Positions 1 to 11,548 of a stretch of 32,754 nucleotides of DNA are shown here, one piece after another (the stretch's first letter is position 1; every line of letters begins with the position of its first letter). The notes under the pieces are model-generated. The model was not told the origin of the DNA. It saw only the letters and a program-made list of their open reading frames with translations, and made no database searches. The stretch lies in NCBI GenBank assembly GCA_032718475.1, contig JAUCBJ010000900.1, positions 1 through 32,754 of the forward strand. Reading direction: 5' to 3'. A program made the position numbers and the translations under genes. This DNA is from Nemertoderma westbladi. Lineage: Eukaryota; Animalia; Xenacoelomorpha.

Positions 1-679
1 GTCACAAATAATTCTATTAATTTTTTGTTTTATATATTGAGTTCAGATATGTTTCGCCAGCAATTTATTGCTTTGGTTACATGCAAATCGCCAAGGAAAT
101 AGTTTCATTACAGTAAACATATGACTAACCCATCTCGGTAGTTCTAAATCTGACAACATGACTATAATATAATTAAATATAATCTTACTTGCCAACGAAT
201 AAATATAATTTGACAACATAAATATATTATTTTTAAATATTTATTTAAATATGATTTTAATGGGGGCATTTGGTGGGTATGTAAGTTATTGCGATACCTA
301 CAGTATAAATAACTGAGGCTAGATTTTGTCAATGTTAGATGATTCGATGTTAAATGATATAGAAGTTATATTTCTGCTGTTTAAAAATAAATGTTAATAT
401 TTAACTGTTCGATTATTTAAATGTTTCTTTATTATTGTTAAATCTTTAACAAATTATTAATGCAATAAATTATTATAACTAACTTCATCATTAATGCAGA
501 TCGAATATGCCATAGGCTGCCACAGGACCTGTAAAACAGGTGTCCAGCACATTGTCGCCGATATTTATGCAGGGTGATACCCTGTTTCACTGTTAGCTCG
601 TAATACGTGAACGTTTTGTGACAGTGTCCCATAGCTGGTATCTGGGACAACCTACTAACTGTAGGCCTATCATTGTGTA

Positions 680-990
680 CCTTCAAGGTGACACCAAGGT
701 GTTTTGCACTTTTTTCTTGATTATGGTGACTATGGGCTGGGTGCTGCGAATTTTTCGCGACCATAACAATATAATTAGACGGATCCATCATGGATCTCCT
801 TATTTCTCACGCGTGTTTGTTTGTTTGTTTGTTTTGTTTTTACACATAACTTCTTGCACTTAATGTGGATGGAATTGGATGAAACTTTGGTGCTAGATTC
901 ATTATCGGACCTAGATATGTATGCAAAGGTTTTGGTTGCGAGGGACCTGTTTGGTTGCCTAGGAACAGTGAAATTAATTTTAGAATGACA
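680..990 (-). mobile_element. possible highly degraded LINE remnants
   Basis: Minus-strand peptides EKSAKHLGVTL and RSLATKTFAY/YLGPIMN (the latter needs a frameshift) resemble LINE ORF2 motifs. Both are short and degenerate. Confidence 0.3.
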
Positions 991-1593
991 GATCATAATC
1001 GTATAATTCACTCAATCAAAATTATGTCGACACCCCTAGGGAGCACCTATTGGTCATGCTTTCTGCAAAATTTCGCTTTATTTCGTTTAGAATTGTAGAA
1101 GACACATTTCCTACAAACAGTGTTTTTTATATATTGTATTATTGTACTGTACACAACACACTGTACTTTGCCCAATGTTTTGTTTTTCGTTATTAGGCTT
1201 CCCTGCATAGGCACGTAATTTATTACATCATCAACAACTTTGATAGCATTTCCAGCTCTCGCTGGCAATCTTGTAGATGTGGCCGCTCTACGGTGTGGCA
1301 GCGACCATTATTGTCGAAAATTAAAATTGAATTGATGTCGTCGTCGTGCAAGTACAACCCGCCTGCAGAAATATTGGTATGTATTGGTATTGTATGTGTG
1401 GGGTATACAGTATGTGTATTGTGTATAGGGGTGTGTAGGTGAACTGGTTCAAACAGGGGACAATTGCATGAATACACAGCGACAAACCGGAGATGATCTA
1501 CAATCCGGGGACGTCCCCGGAATGAAAAGATATCAAAAATGGAATCTAGGTACTAAAATTAATGGATTCTGAGAATTTCAGATCATTTCGGCG

Positions 1594-1727
1594 ATGTCCC
1601 CTGTTCGACAAGGTTCGAGCAATAAGGCCAGTTATTCCATTGGCTTTCTTTGTGATGGTGGCAATGTGTTTCCCAAATGTGAGGGTGTATTGGAAGGTCA
1701 CCCCCAAGTGTATTTTACGGTTCACGG
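1594..1727 (-). mobile_element. LINE (CR1/L2-like) reverse-transcriptase C-terminal fragment, interrupted by the LTR element
   Basis: Minus-strand translation VNRKIHLGVTFQYTLTFGKHIATITKKANGITGLIARTL fits the LGV..L.F..HI...KKAN...G.I.R pattern of non-LTR RTs. The frame appears to continue (GSKYNT) on the far side of the TSD at ~17099-17115. Confidence 0.65.
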
Positions 1728-2915
1728 TGTAAAGGCTTTTGCGGATCTAGCTAGTCATTTTCCCCGCAAAGTACTCTGTAGGTGTTTTAGCGGACATAAA
1801 AAGCCGTTTTCCTACTGTGTAGGTGTTTTAGTGGACATAAAAAGCCATTTCTTCTGTATGTGTACTTTAGCGGACATAACTAGCGATTTTATGCCGCAAT
1901 GCACCAAAATACTCTTAATACAGTGTAGTTCAGATGACGACATCTATCAGCTGATATGTCCACGTAGAGCTTTTCTTTGTTCTTTGTTCGGCTCGACCAA
2001 TCAGAGCGATTTTCATTTTATTTGCACAGAAGCCTCCGGGAAATCGCGCAATGCATTATGGTCTTTGTTTACCTTTTTTCCTGAGCCCAGAACATCGGCT
2101 GTGGAATTATTCTGTGTTTCAGACTTTAGCCAAACATTAGAATGGCTTTGATCATAGAAACGTATAACTGTTATCAAACTGGCATATCAGCCTGTCATAT
2201 CTCATGCAAACCTGATCACATACAAACACCGCATTATTTTACTGCTATTTACTGTCGGTTATTAAGTGTTATCATTTGATGGATATGTTGATATATTTGG
2301 AGAATATCGATAAATAATCAGAAAACCCCAATCTTCTTGATATACTGAAGGTTAGAGAGACCGGTTATATATAGCAATTGCGACTTACATTATAGTGGTT
2401 TTGGAGTGAATTGAATGCTATTTCATAGACCCTACATGTGTCAGTTGCTGTTCTCCTTATATATGATCAAATTTATTGAAGGTCGGCAGATCAGTGTGCA
2501 GTAGTGTGCGGTAGTGTGCATGAATGTGATAGATAACAATGCATTTCCTAAAGAATGCGCTTTATACGTGAATCATTAGCCATCCCGTTGTGTTTAGTGT
2601 AAGTCATAACTCTGTTTACATATTTAGAGCGCCACGTCCTAAAGGAACTGTTAATATTTCCCGAAAGTGAATAATATTTGTCAGAGATATTATAGTAACG
2701 ATCAGTCGAATAATACAGTAGGTCTACACCGCAATAAGGTCAGAGCATCCAAATCCAGCCTCCCTTAACCGTGGGTGAATGATCGCGCATAGGCTGGCTT
2801 CGGCTAATGTAACTTTATGTGTATCAAATACTTGTTATAGGCTAAGGTCGATTTATAACCTAGAAGACACCTAAATTTGGCAGGTTAAACTGCTAAAGGT
2901 CTAAAAGTGCGAACA
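1728..2915 (+). repeat. 5' LTR
   Basis: Starts TGTAAAGGC, ends GCGAACA. Differs from 15906-17093 by about 8 substitutions and two 1-bp indels. Confidence 0.97.
1783..1880 (+). repeat. ~41-bp tandem motif (TTTAGYGGACATAA x3) in the U3-side part of the LTR, possible enhancer array
   Basis: Three copies of TTTAG[C/T]GGACATAA at regular spacing, present in both LTRs. A CCAAT box (GACCAATCAG) follows at ~1995. Confidence 0.6.
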
Positions 2916-2926
2916 ATAACAGTTAT
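2916..2926 (+). other. PBS-position sequence ATAACAGTTAT (not tRNA-type; complementary to LTR 2164-2174)
   Basis: No TGG after the LTR end. Exact reverse complement of ATAACTGTTAT at 2164-2174. Confidence 0.5.
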
Positions 2927-4443
2927 TCTTTCTTTATTGCAACGTAGGCAATAAAGGCAAAAGTACCGGTCGACCGGTAACCAGTAGGCCTAACTACCTA
3001 ACCACCCGAACTGGTACTTACAGCAGTACAGGTACATCAGTATTATTCGATTTTGATAATTATATACCGGTAGGTCTTGATATTTAATCAGGGATTGCAG
3101 CCCTGGTTTTTTATTGAGATTTTACTTATTTCTGTCAGTTTTATTTATCTGTAAGTTAATATTGAGCAGAAGGCGTATAAGCCTGCTCAGATTGTACAAA
3201 TAATTTGTAGGCTGGATTGTTGTCTGGCTATTGTTAGGTCTGAAGAGATTGCAGTGTGTGTAGAGTGTATGTCTGATAAAGTACTAGTTAGGAACGTGGG
3301 GGCATCCAGTGCTGTAAGGTAAATCCCCCCGAAAGAATAAGTCGTACTACTCGGTTAGAACGCATACTAACTAACCATTTCGGAGACTGCATATACTGTA
3401 GTTTATTTAGGCTTGATAGTAGTCTGCCAGCGTTTGGTCCGTATTTTGTTTGTGTAGTCTGTACGGGTAGCGTAATATTTATTATTCAGAGTTTATGCGA
3501 TTATTCGCAACATACATACCCCCAAGTTTATTCTTACAGTAATTGTGCTTGTTATACATACCGTTATAGTTAAATTAACCCCGGTACTACATCAGGGCTG
3601 TTTGGCGTAGGTAAAGACTGGAGATTTTATGCTTTGGTCACTCCGGCAGATACCGTGGTTCTTTTAGCTGTACAAGTATTTTTAACTGCTGGTTATTTGT
3701 TGTATAAGTACTTGTACCTAATTTAGGGTTTAGTCTACAGTGCTTTCCGAAGGTAATTAGTGTGTAGGCAGTATATTTGTGTTGTAAAGTGGTTAATAGG
3801 CACGTTAGCTATAGTAGGCTGCGGTAATTAACTTCTAGGTAGGAACACTCCGTGTACATAACGTAGTACTTATAGCGCTACGGCTATAAGTCATCAGACG
3901 GTGGTATTTTTCCTATCTAGACAACGCAATATATTTACTACTGCTTTATTATTTTCAAATACCGTAGTATCCTGTCCGTTGTCATAACCAGAAATTCTAA
4001 CCCTTGTTAGGCTGGTTTGTAGATTTCTTGTAAAATTAACCCTAAAAATTCGTACGTGTAATTTTTGTGTTTATTTAGAGATTGTAATCTGACCCCGCAA
4101 TTGTACATAAGTTGTAGTAATAAGTAACTTAGTAAATTAGAATTATTTGTTTTAGTGTCCAATACAATAAGTAGCACTTCACTGAGAGCGTACAGCTTCT
4201 GTGTAGTGACTCCTTCCCAGAAATAATAACATTTATTTCAAATATTCACAAAACCCATTAAACGGGTATATATATATATATTATAAATCAACTCAAACCG
4301 ATTTATAAAACAGTAGGCCTGTCATACAACAATTAGGTCTCAATATCATTTGGACTACTGCTTAAATAACGGTAATAAAGTAAAGTAAAGTAACTAAGTA
4401 ACCCTAAAAATTCAGAAATTCAATTATTCTAAAATAATTGACA

Positions 4444-4696
4444 TACCGGTATCTACAATAGGCTTATTATATTTATTCCTGTAAATTTGAGCTGAAATTA
4501 TATACCGGTATTCTGTAATTAATTCTAGTCTATAATTATACTTATATACTATAAGTGTAAGTTGTATACCGGTATTCACGATAGGCTTATTATATATTCT
4601 ATATATTTGTGCTGAAATTATATACCGGTATTCTGTGACAAACCTAGTCTGTAATAATACTTATATATATACTATAAGTGTATACCGGTATTCTAG
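4444..4696 (+). repeat. imperfect ~120-bp tandem duplication with ~60-bp subperiod in the retroelement 5' leader
   Basis: ATACCGGTAT recurs at ~4444, 4502, 4566, 4622 and 4682. The blocks ATAGGCTTATTATAT, GCTGAAATTATATACCGGTATTCTGT and TATACTATAAGTGTA each occur twice. Confidence 0.8.
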
Positions 4697-4828
4697 TATA
4701 TTGTATATATATCGCGTTACATAGAGTAACGATATCAGTAATTAATTACTAGGCTAACAGTTGATACTGAATTACTAGACTTGCTTTAACTGTAATATAG
4801 CAGTAGGCATTCAACTGTACAAACAAAC

Positions 4829-7800
4829 ATGTCTGACACAAAGCAAAACCTGACAGACAGTCTCCTAGATACAACCATCTGTGACCCAGATAGGAGTGCT
4901 GAACATTTGAGAACGAAGTTCAACTCACCTCCTACTGTAAGAAAGGTCATCCCTCCAGTAGTAGTATCAGACCCTAGGCTAGTCAAACATCGTAGGTCTA
5001 TCATAGGCACTCGGGCTCAAGTCAAGCGGGACCAAGAAGCAGCTGTTAAACAGCAGCAACACCCGAGCCGAGAACTTATTTCTCAGCGGCCCGATAGCTC
5101 CAGTAGTTCAGATACTGTAGAGTTGACACCCGAGCTCGGAGCAAAGATGGCAGATGCGGTTTATTCGGATCCCCTTCTCATTCTTCCTGCAGCCGTACTC
5201 ACTAGGGTATTGATTGCGGTGGAGGAACACCAAATCGATTGGGCGAGAAGTAAGCGATCGACCAAAGACAGTTATGCGGGATACACAAGGGAGGAACTGA
5301 AGTCTATTGTCGAGTCGCAATGGAACTTCCCCGGACCCGGACTCCTGTTTAACTTATCAGAAGCTGCCTGGGAGGACTTATACAGGATGGGAGTGACAAA
5401 GGACACTAGTGATCCAGCTGTGTGGAAGAGGTCGGCAGCAGGATATGTACAGGGATTCTTCAGCTCTTTGGAGCGATTAGAGGAACAACTGTTTTAACAA
5501 CACCAAGGACCTCAAGAGCAGGGAGAGCTGCTTTATCAAGTTCGAGAAAGAATTCTAAGAATCAGACTAATCCTATCGGCCTTTGAGGAAGCTTCAAAAA
5601 GAAGACAAGACACGTCGTTGCAAGTTGCCGTAAAGACTTGGTTTCAGCGGGTGAGTCTCAAGGTTCAAGGAACGGCCCAGTGGAAATTTCAGCTGGCTGA
5701 GCGCTCAACCCACGGAGAATCAACAGACGCTACCTTTTCTCAAGTGGAAAGCGAAGCAACAGCAGAGAAACCGCAGAAGAAGGACGCTATTGACATCTAT
5801 CTGTCAGACTATCAACGATTTCTAGGTGACGAAGAGTTGAGGAGATGGCTGGCTGGACTTCGTCCTAATAGTGAAGGAGCCAAGTTTGTGTTGGACGCAA
5901 TAGATGCGGAAATGTTAGCTGCGAACCAAGCTAAATTTGATGAACGCCTCTGCATCGCTAGGGTCCAAGAAGAACAGGTAAAGAAAAAACGTATAGAAGA
6001 CAGAAAGATAGCAGCAGTGGCAGTGGCAGAAGCGGAAAGAAAAGCGGCAGAAGTGGAAAGAAAAGCGGCAGTGGCAGCGGCAGAAGGGGAATGAAAGGCG
6101 GCAGTGGCAGCGGCAGAAGCGGAAAGAAAAGCGGCAGAAGCGGAAAGAAAGGCAGTGGCAGAAGCAGAACGGAGGGCGTCTGAAGAGACCACCCAACTAG
6201 AGTTGGAAAATCTTCAAGAGAAGCAAGACTACATAAATAAACAGTTAACAGCTAGTCAAATGCAGATGATGAGTCGATCTACTCCCAAAAGACAGGGATT
6301 TACATCATCTGATGAAGGCGATACCACCGATCCTGAAGGCGGAGGAAATAGATCTCGTCTAAGTAGACGTAGAAGAACGCCCCACCATCAGAAATTGCCT
6401 AATTTGCCCCCAGCTGTGAGAAGGCAACTAGCTAGCACAGACTTAGGTAGTACAGAACCCACAGACCAAATTATTAGAATAGAAAGACTCCCTACTATAG
6501 TAGATGAGCCTGAGATAATTAGGCCTGTTCTCGAAGCCACCCCTTCGGTGATAGAGACACCTGTACTCCCAGAACCCAACTCTAAATTCCCTTTGCACAG
6601 CACTAAACTACCTGTGCCCAGCAGAACCGCCCCTGAGACAGTTCCTGTCCTGGACTCCGAGCGAAATCTCGACGATTTGTCGCCCGTTGTCCCTCGTCTA
6701 CCCGCTACTATGTTGGCGGCTCCCGCTTCGGCGGTCGATTGGGTGGATGAGGGGCGGCGGGGGATGAATCTCCTGCTTGGGCAGATGCAGGAGACTGTTC
6801 AACAGTTCAAGGGAACAGTAAGGGAAAGTAGGTTAGAGTTGCAAGAAGTGCAGCAGAGTATCGCGTTAGAACGCGATAAATTAGTAAATACACAAAAGGG
6901 TATACCACCACCCCCTGTAACAATGTGTCAACCTGTTAGGTCTGAAGTATTTCATGCGCAAGGTGTAGAGCCTACACGCATCTATACTGCTAGTGAAGTA
7001 GAAACTCCTATAGTAAACCCTAATAAGGGTAATTATAAACCTGTTGACAATGATATTCCATATAGACCTGTTAATAATCCGAGAAATTTATATACCGATA
7101 ACTCGATATTTTATAATACGATGGCCCAAGAAAGTTTTACGCGTCAAATGGCTAGAACCGAAGCCCGTCAAGCGGTAAAGGTGGGAGAGATCGTCAAGTT
7201 CAATGGAGATGAGATGAAATGGTTACCTTTTAATGAATATTACAAAGATAACATACAGAACTCTGTGCTATCTAATGGAGAGAAACTTAGATTCCTCATC
7301 GAGTGCTTGTAAGGATCTCCTAAGTTAATGGCGTTAAAGTTTATTGGACATCCAGATGGATTAAGCCAAGTTTGGAATACCTTAAACATCAGGTATGGTA
7401 ATAGGAATAACATAGCTAGGTGTTTGTATGCAAAATTGGTAGCGCCCCGAAAGTTCATTAGCAGCGGGATTATAGAGTTTTCCGATGAGATTCAGGAGAT
7501 CTGTAGACAATTAGATTGGCTAGGTAAGTCTCATGAATATCAGAGTTCTATGGTTATTGGAGCCGTAGCATCTACTTTGCCAAAGGGTGGAGTAGGTACA
7601 CGCTGGGATAAGAAAGTGTTATATATGATGGAACAACAACGACGAGACCCTACCATGGCTGATCTCATGTCATTCTTAGATGGAGAGGTAAAATTACAGC
7701 TTCTAAAGCAGTCCAGAGAGAAGACACCGGAAAATAAGGTAAGTGAGAAACCCGTTTCTAGGAGAAAGGTAACACCAGTGTGTTATACAGATGACGGCGA

Positions 7801-8392
7801 AAGCTAGGCCTCTCAAGAGGAGGACAGCGGGAAAGACACTGAAAGATCTTACTATGTCAACAAAGCGCCTAAAGACGTAAGTAAATTTAAGTCTCGAACC
7901 AATGACAGGAGAGAACAGGTAACAAAAACTCCTCCTACGTCTCCTAATAGAGTTCACGGAAGAAAGCCCGAGGAAAGAACGAGAGTGCACAATGTTACCC
8001 AAGGTAAGGTGAGTAACATCAAACCAAAATGTGCGCTGTGCGACGGGCCCCACCGTTTGAGTGTGTGTGATACATTTTTAAAGAAATCACTAAAAGATAG
8101 ACGTGAAGTCATGTGGGATAAGCGGTTGTGTTATAATTGCCTCAGACAAGGACACCAACGGCGAACCTGTTACTCCGACGCAAGGTGTGCTAAGTGTGGC
8201 GCGAAACATCATATCTTGTTGCACACTGAATTCGAAAGAAATAGCCCGAGTCAGGTAAGTGAGCCCGAACTACATGTCCAATTCAGTGATGTGAACGACA
8301 CTGACCAAAGTTCTGAGATGGAAGGATTCTATACGGATGAATTCTCCGATGAAAACGAATCTTGTTACCTAATAAATACCGCAGTGTATTGA
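4829..8392 (+). pseudogene. gag: gag region: coiled-coil AEAERKA repeats, DUF1759-like capsid segment, triple zinc knuckle
   Basis: KFNGDEMKWLPF...LSNGEKLRFLIECL*G is DUF1759-like. CALCDGPHRLSVC, CYNCLRQGHQRRTC and CAKCGAKHHILLH form the triple knuckle characteristic of BEL/Pao. Confidence 0.88.
6007..6180 (+). repeat. coding tandem repeat (AVAAAEAERKA)n, helical/coiled-coil
   Basis: Repeated GCGGCAGAAGCGGAAAGAAA and GCAGTGGCA units, in frame with gag. Confidence 0.8.
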
Positions 8393-8398
8393 GCACTT

Positions 8399-8908
8399 AT
8401 GTATGAAAAGGAAACCGACAGTGAGCTCCCCCTAACTACTCCTGACCGACAACCGTCTTGGAAAGCACCAACTTCCAACGTAGGAATCCGAGAATTTCCC
8501 GTAGTGCAGTTGAGAGTCCACGGGCCAGGAAAAAGCTATATAGTCATCGCCCTCCTTGACTCCGGCAGCACAGGAACATTCATCGACAAAGAACTAGCCG
8601 AAGACATCTTTGCTGGACAACCCAAGTTCCGAACTAAGTTGAACATGTCAGGAATTATGCAGGTTTGGAAATCTACAGTAACTACAGATTACTATATAGG
8701 CGCGTTGTCCACCCCCCAGGATGAACTACGAGAACACAGCATAAGGTCAGTAAAAATGGTGGCGATAAAGAACTTCGCTACCAGCCAAGTGGAACCTTAT
8801 AACTGGGATGAGGATGATTTCACCCAGCAGCATAAGATACCTAGATTCAACACAAACTACCCTGGAGTGCAAATACTCATCAGCCAAAATGCGCATGAGG
8901 CGCTTTAG
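8399..8908 (+). pseudogene. aspartic protease domain of pol
   Basis: IALLDSGSTGTFI retropepsin active-site motif. Confidence 0.9.
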
Positions 8909-8911
8909 ACA

Positions 8912-11221
8912 TTGGAGAAACGGCCTTCTCAACCGCAACCACTACAAACCTATGCAGGAAGAACTAGAGTAGGTTGGTACTTTACTGGCCCTTCCCGTAG
9001 AACTCTCATGGAAAGGTTACCCAAAGAACGGGTCTACCAGGTAAGTGAATGGGAAGAGGAGATCAGTGAGGTAGACGACACAACTGAGGGAACACCATAC
9101 TCCTCAGATAATGACGATATCCACCAATTCTTCGATGAGGAGAATACCATCGACCTCCTTACGGAAAACGAAACTTGGCAAAACCAAGTGAACCTATGTC
9201 ACCTCATTCATCCAGCAGGACAAGTCGACTACAACAACGAACTGAATGAAGTGATAGATCGCTACAATGCGAAGACTCGTGATGAACACGCCGTACGATT
9301 CTTTACTCAAGAGGCTGTAGTGCCCAATTCCTACGATAAGGCCCTATCGGTAGAAGAAGAAAGAGCCAAGCAGATACAAGAAGCGACTACACGTTTTCTT
9401 AAAGATCAAGGTAGATATGAGATTGGTCTGCCCTTCCGATGGCGAGAACCCAATTTTATAAACAACCTACCCTTGGCAGAGAAGAGAATTGCGCAGCTAC
9501 ATCGACGCCTTACGGCAAATGCTTCAGCTAAGGAGATGTACAAGACCCAGCTGAAGAAATTCATTGACAAGGGATATGCGGAGCGAGTACTGGAAGGAAC
9601 ACCCATAACTGAGAGAACATACTATTTAACACATCATTACGTTCCCAAACCCGGTAAACCCAATGAAGTCCGGGTAGTATTTGACGGCTCCGCCCTCTAC
9701 ATGGGCCAATCCCTTAATTCCGAGTTGTTGCCAGGACCCAACTTACTCCAATCCTTGTTGGGAATACTCTTAAGATTACGACAATATTCAATCGCTTTCG
9801 CCTCCGATATAGAAGGCATGTTCTTACAAGTTAAGGCGCTGGATAGGGATCGAGACAGCCTACGATTTCTGTGGTGGCCTGAAGGAGACCTCAACCAGAA
9901 ACCGGTGGAGTACTGGATGACCATCCAGGCTTTTGGGATCATCTCAAGCCCTTCAAATGCCTGCTCAGTAGTGCGCACCACTGCTGATGACAACCGGGAC
10001 GCCTTCTCTAAAGAGGTTATCGACAACATCAAACGGGATATATACATGGACGACAATTTAAAGTCCCTCCCATCGGTGGAAGAAGCCATTGATGTCGCTA
10101 AAGGAACGGTGGAGTGCTTGAAAAGAGCTGGATTTCGATTAACTAAATTCACCAGCAACTCCCGTGAGTTTCTGGAATCGATCCCGGTAGAAGACCGAGG
10201 AGTTAAAGATCTAGACCTAATCAAGGACGATCTTCCAGAAACCAAGACGCTTGGTTTGAAATGGGACACAGAGAGAGATATCCTGTTTTTCCAGCTAAAA
10301 CAGCGAGATAATCCAGTTCGGACTAAACGGATTTGTCTAAGTATCCTGAGCACTTATTTCGATCCATTGGGATTTATTAGCCCAGTTATATTGATTGCTC
10401 GGAGTTTAGTACAACAAATGTGGCTTGAAAACCACTCATGGGACGATCCACTTAAGGGAGAACTATTAAAGAAGTGGATGAAATGGGAAGATTCTCTACC
10501 AGCCATCGAGAACTTTATAATTTCCCATTCATATTTTGGTCATGTTCTCCCTACGTATTCCTATCAACTCCATGTGTTTGGAGACGCCAGCGATATGGGA
10601 ATAGGTATAGTAGCCTACCTGAGAGTTGAAACTCCGGATGGAATCAAAGTCGTCTTGGTTACCTCTAAGGCATTGATAAACAACAAGTTGAAAGTTCCTC
10701 GAGCGGAGTTAAAAGCGGCTCTATATGCTACAGCCATCGGCCGGAATGTAACAGAACAGATAGACTATCCACTGGAGAAAACTGTCTATTGAACCGATGC
10801 TTTGCTCGTGTTGGAGTATATCACCAATGAAGTCTGTCAGTTCAGCGTCTTCGTTACCAACAGAGTAGCCATTATACTTAGTCGCACGAAGATAGATCAA
10901 TGGAGACATTGCCCTGGGACGAATAATCCAGCCGACATCGCCTCCAGGGGAGCAACTCCACAAGAACTGATAGATACTCCAGACTGGTTAGGTGGACCCG
11001 ACTTCCTAAGCAAAGAAGAGGATGAATGGCCTCCTCATCTTACTACGGCGGAGATTAGACAGGCCAAGGGAGCGGAGAAAGTCAAACCTAAAACCCGGGC
11101 GAGTAAATCGAAGTTATTTAAACCCGCGATAGATCTGTCTGTACTACACGTTTCCGGAGACGATGCTTTGGATCCACAATCCCCCGCCACAAATAAGTCT
11201 GTTGTGGAAATCAGAGAGTGA
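8912..11221 (+). pseudogene. pol: reverse transcriptase and RNase H (Pao peptidase A17-type region) of pol
   Basis: Motifs VRVVFDGSA, SLNSELLPGPNL, FASDIEGMFLQV, IYMDD, KTLGLKWD, FDPLGFISP, LHVFGDAS, VPRAELKAA, Y*TD, FVTNRV and WRHCPGTNNPADIASRG. Confidence 0.95.
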
Positions 11222-11548
11222 GATTGGAAATCTGGAACGCCAGACGTCTCGCAGGGACTCTCACCACTTCTGCAGAGAGCGATACATCACTATAGTTCCT
11301 GGAATCGGCTCTGTAAGGCCGTTTCATATTTAAAGCGATGTTTTCATCATCACTACTCCAGGACGAAGACCACTAGTGATACTGCTCCACTGACATTTGC
11401 GCAGGTCCATGTTGTTAAAGATCTTCCCAAATACAAGATATCCGACAAGTTTCTGAAGGAGAAGATCAGTTACCAGGAGCATGAAGAAACCAATAAGCAG
11501 ATACTGAGACTCCTGCAATGCTATGAGGATTCCGATAAGTATTTCCTG

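Noticed and set aside
1223-1362. Possible terminal exon on the minus strand (TTTCTGCAG|...GLYLHDDDINSILIF...LLMM*)
   Set aside because: Good acceptor, but no recognisable homology or connectable upstream exon.
1594-2151. 185-aa plus-strand ORF
   Set aside because: Spans the antisense of the LINE relic and the 5' LTR. The 3' LTR copy has indels in it and no domain is recognisable.
3860-3900. Minus-strand CTGATGA followed by a stem-loop, resembling a hammerhead ribozyme
   Set aside because: No GAAA after the stem and no stem I/III pairing.
5812-6196. Minus-strand Ala/Ser- and Cys/Phe-rich ORFs
   Set aside because: Antisense shadows of the gag coding repeat.
9697-10353. 218-aa minus-strand ORF
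   Set aside because: Antisense to the RT domain with no independent features.
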